The notes: generated by a model from the sequence alone, not told the origin. Positions 9,840 to 21,105 are shown, counted from the stretch's first letter. The stretch: 64,000 bases of DNA from Gammaproteobacteria bacterium (GCA_030744915.1 JASLPO010000019.1:28410-92409), one strand, 5' to 3'. Numbers and translations are program-made.

Positions 9840-10048
9840 AGTCCATGGAAACTGATGCCGCTATTCTACTCTAAGAATAGGGACAGACCCCATTTTTCTG
9901 GCAAGGCAGTGAATAAAGCAATGTCAGAAGGAGAAAAATGGGGACAAAAAACGGGATCTGTCCTATCAATAGCTGCGGCAGATCAGTTGACTGCCGAAAT
10001 AGACAATGACAACATGCTGGCACAAATCAAACGAGGAGTGAATGGAGA

Positions 10049-10489
10049 GTGCGTTCTCCCAAACGAATCCTGTTTCTGGATCTGGTGCTTTCGATCTTTC
10101 GTCTCAACGGTCTGTTGATTGCCGAGGGCGACGACATGACGGAGAAGCTCGGACTAACCCATGCCCGCTGGAAAGTAATAGGTGCCATTGCCCTGTCAAA
10201 TGCGGGTCTAACCGTGCCTGGTGTTGCCAGAGTGCTAGGTCAGTCGCGCCAGGCAGTACAACGCATAACTGATGTTATGGTGGAAGATGGTCTTCTGATT
10301 TATGAACCTAATCCTAAACACAAGCGCTCGGTGCTGGTTACCCTCACCGAGGAAGGTAACCACGTCTATAACAAGCTGCGGGAAGTGCAGGATCCCTGGG
10401 CGATTGAAAACACCGAGGATATTCCCATCGAAGAACTGGATCAGGCTTTACGCCTGATCCGCCGGCTCATCAATAAATTTGATAAGTGA
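10049..10489 (+). CDS. MarR family transcriptional regulator
   Basis: 146 aa with a GTG start. The N-terminus (FRLNGLLIAEGDDMTEKLGLTHARWKVIGAI) and winged-helix region are typical of MarR. Confidence 0.8.
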   Translation: MRSPKRILFLDLVLSIFRLNGLLIAEGDDMTEKLGLTHARWKVIGAIALSNAGLTVPGVARVLGQSRQAVQRITDVMVEDGLLIYEPNPKHKRSVLVTLTEEGNHVYNKLREVQDPWAIENTEDIPIEELDQALRLIRRLINKFDK

Positions 10490-12064
10490 TTGAATGTCGT
10501 GACTGATTTCACTTCAAGACTGCCACGCAATTTATATCGAGCTGCCGATGTACAGCGCCTGGACCGTATTGCCATCGACGAGCTCGGCATAGCCGGATTC
10601 AAATTGATGCAGACAGCCGGCGCCGTTGCCTTCAACGCGTTGTTGGAACAGTGGCCTCAGGCGAGATTCATCCAGGTGTATGCAGGCAGCGGCAACAATG
10701 GGGGCGATGGCTACATCCTGGCAGGACTCGCCAGAGAGTTTGGCCTGAGCGTGGAAGTAATCCAGGTAGGTGATAGCGCAAAGTTGCACGGTGATGCAAA
10801 GCAAGCCATGGATTGGGCGCAACAGCAGCAGGTGGAGCTGCTAGCCCTGGCAGATTTTCAGCAGCGGGAAGAGCTGGACCATGCCCACACTGTCATAGTC
10901 GATGCACTGTTAGGCACAGGCTTGGATCGAGATGTGACAGGTGACTACCAGCAGGCTATCGACGGAATTAACGCCGCGGATTGTCCAGTGCTGGCAATCG
11001 ACATCCCTTCGGGATTGAATGCCGACACGGGTAACGCCATGGGCAGCACAATCGTGGCCGATGTCACAGTGACCTTCATCGGTATGAAAAGGGGCTTACT
11101 GTCAGGTCAGGGCAGGGATTTTGCAGGGACCATTGTATTCAACGACCTGGATGTTCCCGATGGGGTGTATAGCAGTGACGCTTCACCACCGCCAACGGTG
11201 CGGCGCATCGATATCAACACTGTTTCTGAGTGCCTGATACCCCGTGCTCAGTCTTCTCACAAAGGCAATCATGGCCATGTGCTGATAATAGGTGGCGACC
11301 ATGGCTATGGCGGAGCTGTTCTGCTGGCGGCAGAAGCTGCCCTGCGCAGTGGTGCCGGCCTGGTCAGCGTACTTACCCGTTCGGTGCATCGACCGGCATT
11401 GCTGGCGCGCCGACCAGAGATCATGGTGTCGGGCACGGAAGACGAGCATGCAGGTGCTGATGACTTGGTGGCCAAGGCGGACGTGATCGTAATTGGTCCC
11501 GGACTGGGTCGCAATCAGTGGTCTCGTGACTTATTGCAACTCGCCCTGAGCGCTCAAGTCGCGGCAAATAAGCCATTGGTAGTGGACGCCGACGGATTGA
11601 ATCTATTGTCTAAACGGGTTGATAGCGGTGCGCCGCTCAGGAGAGACAACTGGATATTGACTCCCCACCCCGGCGAAGCTGCCAGTCTGCTGGCCATGTC
11701 GGTGGCCGATATCCAGCAGGATAGATTTGCTGCGGTGGTAGAGCTTCATAATCGTTGGGGAGGATGTTGCCTGCTTAAGGGAAGTGGCAGTCTGATCTGT
11801 GCCGGCAGCGAAGACAGTGCCGAACCAATCTATTTGTGCACCGAAGGCAATGCTGGCATGGCAACTGGCGGTATGGGGGACGTGCTATCCGGAATTACAG
11901 CCGCCCTGGTCGCCCAGGGTTTGACGCTTGAGCAGAGTCTGACCTGTGCCATTTGTATTCACGGCGAGGCAGCCGATCTCGCCATGGAATCCGGTGGGCA
12001 ACGAGGCATGGTGGCTACCGACCTGTTTCCTTTTATTCGCCAATTGGTCAATCCATCTCTCTAA
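10490..12064 (+). CDS. nnr: bifunctional NAD(P)H-hydrate repair enzyme (epimerase / ADP-dependent dehydratase)
   Basis: 524 aa, YjeF_N plus YjeF_C architecture with GSGNNGGDG and HKGNHGHVLIIGG motifs. The apparent TTG start is at 10490, with an in-frame GTG at 10499 as an alternative. Confidence 0.9.
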   Translation: MNVVTDFTSRLPRNLYRAADVQRLDRIAIDELGIAGFKLMQTAGAVAFNALLEQWPQARFIQVYAGSGNNGGDGYILAGLAREFGLSVEVIQVGDSAKLHGDAKQAMDWAQQQQVELLALADFQQREELDHAHTVIVDALLGTGLDRDVTGDYQQAIDGINAADCPVLAIDIPSGLNADTGNAMGSTIVADVTVTFIGMKRGLLSGQGRDFAGTIVFNDLDVPDGVYSSDASPPPTVRRIDINTVSECLIPRAQSSHKGNHGHVLIIGGDHGYGGAVLLAAEAALRSGAGLVSVLTRSVHRPALLARRPEIMVSGTEDEHAGADDLVAKADVIVIGPGLGRNQWSRDLLQLALSAQVAANKPLVVDADGLNLLSKRVDSGAPLRRDNWILTPHPGEAASLLAMSVADIQQDRFAAVVELHNRWGGCCLLKGSGSLICAGSEDSAEPIYLCTEGNAGMATGGMGDVLSGITAALVAQGLTLEQSLTCAICIHGEAADLAMESGGQRGMVATDLFPFIRQLVNPSL

Positions 12065-12079
12065 CTCCGTGTATTTGAC

Positions 12080-12595
12080 ATGTCTGAATTTCACACACTG
12101 CTCACCGACGAGGAAGCCACTATCGATTTCGGCAAACGGCTCGCCGCGGCGACTTTTTGCCCCGAGAACAATTGCAAGTTGGTGCCTGAATCTGGTGTGG
12201 GCGTACCCTCCACCGGCGGTGTGTTACATCTCCTGGGTGACCTGGGTGCAGGCAAGACCACACTCACCCGGGGAATCATGCGCGGTTATGGCTATTCAGG
12301 GGCCGTAAAAAGCCCTACCTATACGCTCGTTGAGCCCTATGAGTTTGCCCAATGTCGCATCTACCATTTCGACCTCTATCGACTGTCAGATCCGCAAGAA
12401 GTCAATTATCTGGGTATCGAAGATTATTTCGATGATTCGAATCTCTGCATTATCGAGTGGGCAGATAAGGGTGCGCAGCTGATTCCAGCGGCTGATTTGG
12501 TTCTGGAACTCGAGACCGAAGGCACGGGACGCCGCTTGAGGTGTCAAACATTCTCCGACAAAGGCCTGCAGATAGCCAAAAGATTGTGGCGTTAA
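12080..12595 (+). CDS. tsaE: tRNA threonylcarbamoyladenosine biosynthesis ATPase TsaE
   Basis: 171 aa with P-loop GDLGAGKTTLTRG. Conserved position between nnr and amiB. Confidence 0.9.
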   Translation: MSEFHTLLTDEEATIDFGKRLAAATFCPENNCKLVPESGVGVPSTGGVLHLLGDLGAGKTTLTRGIMRGYGYSGAVKSPTYTLVEPYEFAQCRIYHFDLYRLSDPQEVNYLGIEDYFDDSNLCIIEWADKGAQLIPAADLVLELETEGTGRRLRCQTFSDKGLQIAKRLWR

Positions 12596-12680
12596 GGCCG
12601 AAATCTATAGACAACGTGGACAATGGGCGCCGCAAGCTCAGCCCGGCAGAAGTAATCGAAAAGGGAATGCTGCAAGATTC

Positions 12681-14189
12681 ATGAATTTAGGTCATCACAA
12701 ATCCGCATTTATTGCAGTCCTCATGCTGAGCATGATGGCCACGCCTGCTCTGTTTGCGGCGAGCATCGACGAAATCAGAATGTGGCGGGCACCGGACCAT
12801 ACCCGGCTCGTGTTCGATCTAAGCGATGGCGTCCAATACAGCCTGTTCACACTGGATAATCCACATCGGGTGGTTATCGATATCGCAGATTCGGAAATGA
12901 ACGATGATTTTTCCGGGTTAGATTTTGGCGATAGCCCAATTAGCGAGCTGCGCAGTGGTGTTCGAGAAGGCGACGATCTGCGCATTGTGCTGGACCTTAG
13001 CGCCGAGGTGAATCCATCCAGTTTTATACTGGAGCCTAACAGTGAGTTGGGCGATCGCCTCGTGGTTGATCTTTACGATCTGGGCACTACGAATTCCAGC
13101 ACACCCATTACCCTTACTCCGGTCCCGGATCGCAGTCAGGACAGGCGCGAGATTGTGGTCGCAATCTCTGCCGGCCATGGAGGGGAGGACCCGGGTAGTA
13201 TCGGTTACGATAGACGTATTAAAGAGAAGAATGTCACGCTGGCAATTTCCAGGGCCTTGTTCAATCGGCTGGAGAACATGCCCGGCTATCGCCCCATCAT
13301 GATTCGGGAGGGTGACTACTATGTCGAACTGCAGCGTCGCCCTCAAATTGCCCGCGAACATCGTGCCGATTTACTGGTGGCCATACACGCAGACTGGTAT
13401 AGCAGTAGCAGAGCGAGCGGCGTAACCATCTATGCCCTGTCCGGTGACCGGGCAGACCGGGAAAACTCGCGGCGAGTCTCTGAGAAAGAGAACAGTTCCG
13501 ACCTGCTCGGGGGTGTTGGAGGCGATCTGACGTTAGGTGGTCTGGATGACGATGTGGCACTCACGCTGGTGTCGCTACAGATGGCCTGGAGCATGGAACA
13601 GAGCCTGGTAGCTGGAACCAGTATCCTGGCAACACTCGACGGGGTGACACGACTGCGGCGCGACAAGGTACAGCAGGCTTCATTGCAGGTGCTTAACTCA
13701 CCGGACATTCCTTCGATTCTCATTGAAACGGGTTACCTGACCAACCCGGCCGAAGCCCGCAAGCTAAACTCGTCGAGTTTCCAGAGGCAGATGGCGGCCG
13801 CCCTGGCCCAGGGAATCATGAACTACTTCTATGATGCGCCTCCGGTGGGATCGCTGGTGGCATGGCAGAAAGCCAACGGCGTCAATCCCGGCTCCTACAC
13901 TGTCAAGAAGAACGATAACCTGTCTGAGATTGCTGAGCGCTTCGGTATTTCTCTGGCAGATTTAAAGTCGCTTAACAAGCTACGCTCAAATACTATTCAA
14001 GTCGGTCAGGTTCTCGTGCTGCCCGGTGGAAATGCCTCGGCAGTGGAGGAGCACACGATTCGACGCGGCGAGACACTCTCCGAAATAGCCGCACAGTATC
14101 GGGTCAGCCTGTCCAGGCTGAAAGAAGCCAACAATATTGCGGGCGATCGCATCATGGTTGGACAGAAATTGAAAATCCCGGTTATCTGA
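12681..14189 (+). CDS. amiB: N-acetylmuramoyl-L-alanine amidase with AMIN domain and two C-terminal LysM domains
   Basis: Signal peptide, AMIN-like N-terminus, Amidase_3 core (ISAGHGGEDPG ... AIHAD) and two LysM repeats (YTVKKNDNLSEIAERFG..., HTIRRGETLSEIAAQYR...). Syntenic with tsaE/mutL. Confidence 0.9.
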   Translation: MNLGHHKSAFIAVLMLSMMATPALFAASIDEIRMWRAPDHTRLVFDLSDGVQYSLFTLDNPHRVVIDIADSEMNDDFSGLDFGDSPISELRSGVREGDDLRIVLDLSAEVNPSSFILEPNSELGDRLVVDLYDLGTTNSSTPITLTPVPDRSQDRREIVVAISAGHGGEDPGSIGYDRRIKEKNVTLAISRALFNRLENMPGYRPIMIREGDYYVELQRRPQIAREHRADLLVAIHADWYSSSRASGVTIYALSGDRADRENSRRVSEKENSSDLLGGVGGDLTLGGLDDDVALTLVSLQMAWSMEQSLVAGTSILATLDGVTRLRRDKVQQASLQVLNSPDIPSILIETGYLTNPAEARKLNSSSFQRQMAAALAQGIMNYFYDAPPVGSLVAWQKANGVNPGSYTVKKNDNLSEIAERFGISLADLKSLNKLRSNTIQVGQVLVLPGGNASAVEEHTIRRGETLSEIAAQYRVSLSRLKEANNIAGDRIMVGQKLKIPVI

Positions 14190-14288
14190 ACCAAGCCCAC
14201 GCTCCACCATCTACCTGAACCGCATCATGGGAATTCATTTCCAGGGTGCTACAATGTTGGATCAGTTTGTTGTCCTGCATCTCGCCAC

Positions 14289-16088
14289 ATGAACCGAATT
14301 AATCGTCTCAGTCAGAGACTAGCCAACCAGATCGCCGCCGGTGAAGTCGTCGAGCGGCCGGCTTCGGTGATCAAGGAACTACTGGAAAACAGCCTCGATG
14401 CCGATGCCACCCGCCTGGACATCGATATCGAGCAGGGCGGCGTGAAACTGATGCGCGTTAAGGACGACGGTGCCGGAATCCACAAGGATGACCTCGCGCT
14501 GGCTCTTAGCCGTCATGCCACATCCAAGATCGCCGAGTTGGATGACCTGGAGAATATAAGTAGTCTTGGATTCCGCGGCGAGGCGCTGGCCAGTATCAGT
14601 TCCGTGTCACGACTGGCCATGCTATCCAAAGCCGGGTCGGATTCCTCCGCCGAAGGCTGGAAAGTAGAGTCCGAGGGCCAGGATATGCAAGCGAGCCTGT
14701 CTCCCGTAGCCCACCCCCGGGGCACCAGTGTGGAAGTGCGTGATCTTTTTTTTAACACACCGGCCCGCAAGAAATTTTTGAAAACCCAGAAGACTGAATT
14801 TTCTCGTATCGATGAAGTGGTAAAACGCATCGCGCTGAGTCGTTTCGATGTTCAATTTACCCTGCAACATAATCAACGCACCATCCACAAATTATTGCCC
14901 GCCAAGACAAATCAGCAACGACAGCGCCGGGTTGCGCTGGTGTGTGGCCCGGCCTTCATGGAAAATTCCGTGTACATAGATGTCGAGGCATCCGATCTAC
15001 GACTATGGGGTTGGGTAAGTCTGCCCACGTTTTCCCGCAGTCAGGCAGATCTGCAATATTTCTATGTCAATGGCCGCATCATCCGCGACAAACTGGTGAC
15101 CCACGCGGTTAAGCAGGCCTATCGTGATGTGCTGTTTCATGGCCGCCACCCGGCCTATGTATTGTACCTGGAGCTGGCTCCAGCTGGAGTCGATGTCAAC
15201 GTGCACCCCACGAAGCACGAAGTTCGTTTCCGTGACAGCAGATTGGTACACGATTTTTTATTCAGCGCACTGCACAAAGCGCTTGCCGACATGAACCCGG
15301 GGGACCAATTGGAAACTCCCCAGCATGCCGCAACACAAGCTGGCTATGAGCAGAACAGTTCGGCCACTCTTTCCGGCCAAGCAGGTCTTGGTCTGGCTGA
15401 ACCATCAGGATCTTCCTATGGTGATCGTAGTCGATTTGTTGCCGCCAATCCGGTGCAGGACCAGGTCCTTGCCCTTGCCAAGCTACATGGCGATGCAAGC
15501 GAAGTGCCGCCGCTGGGCTATGCCATCGCACAGCTGCATGGAATTTATATACTGGCGCAGAATGCCGAAGGACTCATTGTTGTGGATATGCATGCCGCTC
15601 ATGAAAGAATTACCTATGAGCGTCTGAAGCTCGCCTGCCGGAAAGAAGAGCTGAAGATGCAGCCGCTGCTGGTGCCACTGTCCATCGCCGTCAGTCAATC
15701 AGAAGCTGACTGCGCCGAAGCACAGCAGCAAGCACTGCGGGGATTGGGTATCGAACTGGAAAGGGTGGCAGAAGACTCCGTGGTAGTTCGACAGATACCT
15801 GCCATGCTTAAAGACTCCGACGTGGAGCAAATGCTGCGTGATGTATTGTCCGATGTGCTGGAATACGGCAGCAGCGAGCGGATTCAGGCACAGCAGGGCG
15901 AATTGCTGGCGACGATGGCCTGCCATGGTTCGGTGCGTGCCAACCGGCACCTCACTATTCCGGAGATGAATGCACTGCTCAGAGACATGGAGGAGACGGA
16001 ACGAAGTGGTCAGTGTAACCATGGGCGGCCCACCTGGGTTTACCAGTCTCTCGATGAACTGGACAAATTGTTCCTCCGCGGCCAGTAA
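14289..16088 (+). CDS. mutL: DNA mismatch repair protein MutL
   Basis: 599 aa. The N-terminal GHKL ATPase motifs ([28 protein letters not shown]) are canonical. Confidence 0.95.
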   Translation: MNRINRLSQRLANQIAAGEVVERPASVIKELLENSLDADATRLDIDIEQGGVKLMRVKDDGAGIHKDDLALALSRHATSKIAELDDLENISSLGFRGEALASISSVSRLAMLSKAGSDSSAEGWKVESEGQDMQASLSPVAHPRGTSVEVRDLFFNTPARKKFLKTQKTEFSRIDEVVKRIALSRFDVQFTLQHNQRTIHKLLPAKTNQQRQRRVALVCGPAFMENSVYIDVEASDLRLWGWVSLPTFSRSQADLQYFYVNGRIIRDKLVTHAVKQAYRDVLFHGRHPAYVLYLELAPAGVDVNVHPTKHEVRFRDSRLVHDFLFSALHKALADMNPGDQLETPQHAATQAGYEQNSSATLSGQAGLGLAEPSGSSYGDRSRFVAANPVQDQVLALAKLHGDASEVPPLGYAIAQLHGIYILAQNAEGLIVVDMHAAHERITYERLKLACRKEELKMQPLLVPLSIAVSQSEADCAEAQQQALRGLGIELERVAEDSVVVRQIPAMLKDSDVEQMLRDVLSDVLEYGSSERIQAQQGELLATMACHGSVRANRHLTIPEMNALLRDMEETERSGQCNHGRPTWVYQSLDELDKLFLRGQ

Positions 16089-16120
16089 TCCCCGGCTGTG
16101 CTTGCTATCCTTTTATCACC

Positions 16121-17083
16121 GTGACCCATACTAAGGAAAAGCCCAATGTGATCTGTCTGATGGGCCCGACAGCATCGGGTAAGACGGCACTGGCGGTCGA
16201 ATTGGTAAAGCGCCATCCCTTTCAGATAATCAGTGTCGATTCGGCACAGGTATACCGCGGCATGGATATTGGTACGGGAAAACCCGATCAGGCAACACTG
16301 GATGTTGCGCCACACTGGTTGATCGATATCAAAGATCCTGCTGAGCCCTACTCAGCCTCGGATTTCCGGTCAGATGCACTTCAGGAAATTGATGCGGTGA
16401 TACAAACCGGCGATATTCCGCTTCTCGTCGGTGGCACGATGCTGTATTTCAAGGTGCTGCGGGATGGACTGGCGGCCATGCCCAATGCCGACCCCCAGGT
16501 GCGGCGGGAAATCGAACAACTGGCCGCCGAACAGGGCTGGGAAGCCGTGCAGCAGCAACTATCCAGCGTCGATCCTGAATCGGCTGCTCGCATTCACCCG
16601 AATGATCCACAGCGCCTGCAGCGTGCACTGGAAGTCTATAGGGTTGCGGGTAGATCCATGACTGAGTTACACGCCGAAGAACAGCGGGTGGGCAGGTCAA
16701 CAGAGGAATCCCTGCCAGTAAATCTGCATTTTTTGGCGATCCAGCCCGAGGATCGCAAACTATTGCATGGTCGGATCGAACAGCGATTCATGGGAATGCT
16801 GGAAGCTGGGCTGGTGGATGAAGTTCGGTCCTTATTTCACAGAGATGACTTACACCCCCTGCTTCCCTCAATAAAATCAGTGGGATACAGACAAGTATGG
16901 CAGCATCTGTCGGATGAAATAAGCTATGATGCCATGATAGAAAAGAGTATTATTGCCACGAGGCAGCTCGCCAAGCGTCAGCTAACCTGGCTTCGTAGTT
17001 GGGAAAACCTGCGAAGGGTAAGCGAACCATCAGCTAAATCCATAGACAGTATCTTGAATTTCGTGGATTCCATCTCCATATAG
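16121..17083 (+). CDS. miaA: tRNA dimethylallyltransferase
   Basis: 320 aa with a GTG start and P-loop GPTASGKT. Conserved mutL-miaA-hfq order. Confidence 0.95.
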   Translation: MTHTKEKPNVICLMGPTASGKTALAVELVKRHPFQIISVDSAQVYRGMDIGTGKPDQATLDVAPHWLIDIKDPAEPYSASDFRSDALQEIDAVIQTGDIPLLVGGTMLYFKVLRDGLAAMPNADPQVRREIEQLAAEQGWEAVQQQLSSVDPESAARIHPNDPQRLQRALEVYRVAGRSMTELHAEEQRVGRSTEESLPVNLHFLAIQPEDRKLLHGRIEQRFMGMLEAGLVDEVRSLFHRDDLHPLLPSIKSVGYRQVWQHLSDEISYDAMIEKSIIATRQLAKRQLTWLRSWENLRRVSEPSAKSIDSILNFVDSISI

Positions 17084-17190
17084 GAAAATATGGCGAAGGT
17101 ACCAGTCACAATAGAATCCGGTGTAGATCCAGCTTCCTGGTTTTGTCGCCTTAACGACAGCATTGTAGATAGATAGCAAGGAGAATAACA

Positions 17191-17460
17191 ATGTCCAAAG
17201 GACACACGCTGCAAGACCCTTTTCTGAATGTGCTCAGGAAAGAGCGCATTCCAGTGTCCATATACCTGGTAAGTGGAATCAAGCTGCAGGGACAAGTCGA
17301 GTCATTCGATCAATTTGTCATCCTGTTGAAAAACGCAGTAAGCCAAATGGTTTACAAGCATGCTATTTCCACGGTTGTACCCGCACGCATGGTGAAGATT
17401 CCCATTCAGGGTCAAGGCGACGCACAGGATGAAGATGTCGGCGAACCAGGAAACGCTTAA
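17191..17460 (+). CDS. hfq: RNA chaperone Hfq
   Basis: [48 protein letters not shown] is a near-canonical Sm1/Sm2 sequence. Confidence 0.97.
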   Translation: MSKGHTLQDPFLNVLRKERIPVSIYLVSGIKLQGQVESFDQFVILLKNAVSQMVYKHAISTVVPARMVKIPIQGQGDAQDEDVGEPGNA

Positions 17461-17471
17461 CTGAGGTAAAT

Positions 17472-18809
17472 TTGTTTTTTGACAGGCCAGATTCTGGCGA
17501 GGTATCCATTCTAGTTCACATTTCGATCGATTCGGAGCGCGAACAGGAAGATCCATCTGAATTCGAAGAACTAGCTCTGTCTGCGGGAGCGATGCCGGTG
17601 GCGTATATCACTGGTGCTCGCAAGCAGCCGTCTCCCAGTCATTTTGTCGGTTCCGGTAAATTGGAAGAAATTGCCGCGGCAGTGCATGCAAATAAAGCTG
17701 AATTGGTGTTGTTTAATCATGCGCTATCCCCCAGTCAGGAGCGTAACCTGGAGCATGAGCTGAAATGTCGTGTGTTGGACCGCACCGGGCTGATTCTCGA
17801 TATATTCGCCCAACGCGCTCGCAGCCATGAAGGCAAGCTACAAGTCGAACTCGCACAGCTGCAACATCTAAGTACACGATTGAAACGTGGCTGGACTCAC
17901 CTGGATAGACAGAAAGGGGGTATCGGCTTGCGTGGTGCCGGCGAAACCCAGTTGGAACTGGACCAGCGAATGATCAGGCAACGCATCAAGTCAATCAACA
18001 AGAGCCTCGGCAAAGTCAGAGGGCAGCGTGAGCAGGGCCGCCGCTCCAGACGGCGGGCGGAGATCACTACTATTTCATTGGTCGGTTACACCAATGCCGG
18101 GAAGTCATCACTTTTCAATGGTCTAACCGATAGCGACGCCTACGCCGCGGATCAGTTGTTTGCCACATTGGATTCAACACTGCGCCGCATAAACCTGCCG
18201 AATTTTGGACCGGCAGTGCTGGCAGATACAGTTGGGTTTATCAGCCACTTGCCTCATGGCCTGGTAGAAGCCTTCAGGGCAACGCTGGAAGAGACGGCTG
18301 CAGCAAACCTGTTGTTACATGTAGTGGATGCTGCCACCGAATCACATAGGCTTCTGATTGAGCAAGTCAATAATGTGCTCACAGAGATAGAGGCAGACTC
18401 TGTTATCCAATTGGAAGTGTTTAATAAGATTGATTTATTAGACGATTGTGAGCCTCGTATTCAACGGGATACCAATGGCACACCCAGGCGAGTCTGGGTT
18501 TCTGCCGGAACCGGAGCCGGCTTGGATCTTTTGCAACAGGCGATCACTGAATTGTTGGCAGGTGTGCTGGTAGCTGAAACAGTGCAGATCGGTCCACAAC
18601 AGGCGCGCCTGCGTAGCCAACTCCACGAGAAGGGATTCATCGAAGATGAAACTATCGATGAAACCGGCACCTGGCATTTGCAAGTTCGACTGCCAAAGGC
18701 CAATTTACAGCGCCTCCTTAAGCAGGGAGCGACACTGGTAATGACACCTGAACCCGTGGTAAATACTGAGCCGGACTGGTTTGAAGAAGAGCGGGCGAGC
18801 ACCGCTTAA
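17472..18809 (+). CDS. hflX: ribosome-associated GTPase HflX
   Basis: 445 aa with a TTG start and G1 motif GYTNAGKSSLFN. Located downstream of hfq. Confidence 0.95.
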   Translation: MFFDRPDSGEVSILVHISIDSEREQEDPSEFEELALSAGAMPVAYITGARKQPSPSHFVGSGKLEEIAAAVHANKAELVLFNHALSPSQERNLEHELKCRVLDRTGLILDIFAQRARSHEGKLQVELAQLQHLSTRLKRGWTHLDRQKGGIGLRGAGETQLELDQRMIRQRIKSINKSLGKVRGQREQGRRSRRRAEITTISLVGYTNAGKSSLFNGLTDSDAYAADQLFATLDSTLRRINLPNFGPAVLADTVGFISHLPHGLVEAFRATLEETAAANLLLHVVDAATESHRLLIEQVNNVLTEIEADSVIQLEVFNKIDLLDDCEPRIQRDTNGTPRRVWVSAGTGAGLDLLQQAITELLAGVLVAETVQIGPQQARLRSQLHEKGFIEDETIDETGTWHLQVRLPKANLQRLLKQGATLVMTPEPVVNTEPDWFEEERASTA

Positions 18810-18911
18810 AATGGGAATTTAGTCTGCTGGCTGCGGCTCAAAATGCTGTGTAAATGCGTAATTATTAGCTAAAATCAACCTTCTGCTTCTTAGAAAGCGA
18901 TGGAGAAACCA

Positions 18912-20114
18912 ATGGCTTGGAATGAACCTGGAAATAACGGCAACGACAACGACCCTTGGGGTGGTGGTCGCAAAGGTGGTGACCAGGGACCACCCGATAT
19001 CGACGAAGTCATCAAGAACCTTACCAAGAAATTCAACAGTCTGTTTGACCGTTCCGGTGGTGGCGGATCCGGTTCGGGTGGATCGCCCTCAATGCCAGGC
19101 AAACTGTCCGGTGGACTGATTGCCGCTCTGGCCGTGGTGGTGGTGGTAATTTGGGGATTCATGGGATTTTATATCGTCGACGCAGCGGAACGCGGTGTGG
19201 TGCTTCGGTTCGGTCGAATCCTGGATGACACGACGGGACCGGGATTACGTTGGAACCCACCCATCATCGATGACGTATCCCTGATTAACATCTCAGAGGT
19301 CAATGCCAAGACTTATGAAAACCGGGCAATGCTGACTACCGATGAGAACATAATCGATATTGTCGTCACCGTGCAGTATCTCATTCAGGATCCGGTTAAT
19401 TATGTGATAGCTGTGCAAGACCCTGAGCTTAGCCTGGACAACGCATCAGAATCGGCAATCCGCCATGTGGTGGGTGGCAATTTCATGGACCAGATTTTAA
19501 CTACGGGTCGAGATCAGGTTGCTGCCGATGTGCATGAGCGTTTGCAGAGCTACATGAATATTTATAACACCGGTATGTTCATCCAACAGGTAAACGTCGT
19601 TGATGCTCAGCCACCCGATGCCGTGCGGCCAGCGTTCGATGATGTGATTCGTGCTCGAGAAGATGAAGAAAGGGCACAAAATGAAGCATCGCAATATGCA
19701 AACCAGATAATTCCTGTAGCTCGCGGTAACGCCCAACGCCAGATCGAACAGGCAAATGCCTATAGGCAGGAAGTAATCGCCAAGGCAGAAGGTGATGCAT
19801 CTCGATTCGACCAATTGCTGACTGAATACACCAAGGCACCGGAAGTCACGCGCCAGCGTCTCTATATAGACTCGTTACAGGCTGTCATGACGGCGAGCAG
19901 CAAGATCATGATCGATGTAGAAGGGGGCAACAATTTGCTATACCTGCCGCTGGACAAGATTATGGAGCAGAATGCATTATCAACCGGCGCCACCATACCA
20001 ACAACTACTCGGGAGTTGCAGGACCTCGCTAATGAACTGGCGCCCTATCTACCGGGACCAACCAATAACACAAGCATAGATCGCGCTCGAATCAGCAGAG
20101 GAGGACGACCATGA
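18912..20114 (+). CDS. hflK: FtsH protease modulator HflK
   Basis: The MAWNEPGNNGNDNDPWGG N-terminus is preceded by a ggag SD (ORF-track start 18900 trimmed). It has a TM segment and an SPFH domain. Confidence 0.93.
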   Translation: MAWNEPGNNGNDNDPWGGGRKGGDQGPPDIDEVIKNLTKKFNSLFDRSGGGGSGSGGSPSMPGKLSGGLIAALAVVVVVIWGFMGFYIVDAAERGVVLRFGRILDDTTGPGLRWNPPIIDDVSLINISEVNAKTYENRAMLTTDENIIDIVVTVQYLIQDPVNYVIAVQDPELSLDNASESAIRHVVGGNFMDQILTTGRDQVAADVHERLQSYMNIYNTGMFIQQVNVVDAQPPDAVRPAFDDVIRAREDEERAQNEASQYANQIIPVARGNAQRQIEQANAYRQEVIAKAEGDASRFDQLLTEYTKAPEVTRQRLYIDSLQAVMTASSKIMIDVEGGNNLLYLPLDKIMEQNALSTGATIPTTTRELQDLANELAPYLPGPTNNTSIDRARISRGGRP

Positions 20115-20983
20115 AAAACTTTATCGTTGTTGGATTGCTGTTCCTTACCGTAATAATTACCACCAATACTCTGTTTGTTATTAAACAAACGGAGCGGGCG
20201 GTTATGCTGCAGTTTGGCGATATGGTGAATGCAGACATTGAACCGGGCTTGCATGTGAAGCTCCCCTGGGTGAATACCGTTCGAAAATTCGATGCGCGTA
20301 TTCAGACTGAAGATTCCCAGCCAGCTCGTTTCCTGACTCTTGAACAGAAGGCGCTGGAAGTGGATTCCTTCGCCAAATGGCGGATTATAGATGTAGGGCA
20401 ATTCTATATATCAACTCGCGGCAATACCGCTACTGCCGGTAACCTGCTGGCACAGAGAATAAATGATGGTCTAAGAGACCAGATTGGCACGAGAACTCTG
20501 ATTGAGGTGGTAGCCGGAGAACGCGATGAACTCATGCAAAACCTTACCGCCGATTTGAATGAAACCACGGCAGCGGATATCGGTATCGAAGTTGTCGATG
20601 TGCGGGTCAAGCGAATCGATCTGCCTGACGATGTACGTTCATCTGTCTATGAACGAATGATTACTGAACGAAATCGCGAGGCCCAGGAATTACGATCCCG
20701 CGGTGAAGAGCTGGCGATTGGAATCCGTGCCGATGCCGATCGACAGGCGGTAATTTTCGAAGCTGAAGCCTATCGCGATGCCGAACAAATTCGCGGTGAA
20801 GGGGATGCTTCAGCCACTGCGATTTATGCCGAAGCCTATACCAAAGATCCGGAGTTCTTCGCGTTAACTCGCAGCCTGAATGCTTACCGGGAAACGTTTA
20901 GCTCGAAAGGGGACGTGTTGCTGCTTGATCCTGACAGCGACTATTTCAAATACTTTAAGGACGGATTACCTCAACAACAGTAA
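20111..20983 (+). CDS. hflC: FtsH protease modulator HflC
   Basis: 290 aa SPFH protein. Its ATGA overlaps the hflK stop. Confidence 0.93.
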   Translation: MKNFIVVGLLFLTVIITTNTLFVIKQTERAVMLQFGDMVNADIEPGLHVKLPWVNTVRKFDARIQTEDSQPARFLTLEQKALEVDSFAKWRIIDVGQFYISTRGNTATAGNLLAQRINDGLRDQIGTRTLIEVVAGERDELMQNLTADLNETTAADIGIEVVDVRVKRIDLPDDVRSSVYERMITERNREAQELRSRGEELAIGIRADADRQAVIFEAEAYRDAEQIRGEGDASATAIYAEAYTKDPEFFALTRSLNAYRETFSSKGDVLLLDPDSDYFKYFKDGLPQQQ

Positions 20984-21065
20984 GCTTTCGGGCGGAGCAA
21001 TGGAGCATACTTGTTGGCGGGAAGAGAGCCAGCAAGCCAAATCGAAGAAATTAATTTCCTGTGAG

Positions 21066-21105
21066 AACCTGAATTGCTGAGAGAGTGCAATTCAGGTTTG
21101 CTTTT
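21066..21105 (+). terminator. rho-independent terminator after hflC
   Basis: Perfect 12-bp stem aacctgaattgc / gcaattcaggtt with a 9-nt loop, followed by tgctttt. Confidence 0.6.
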
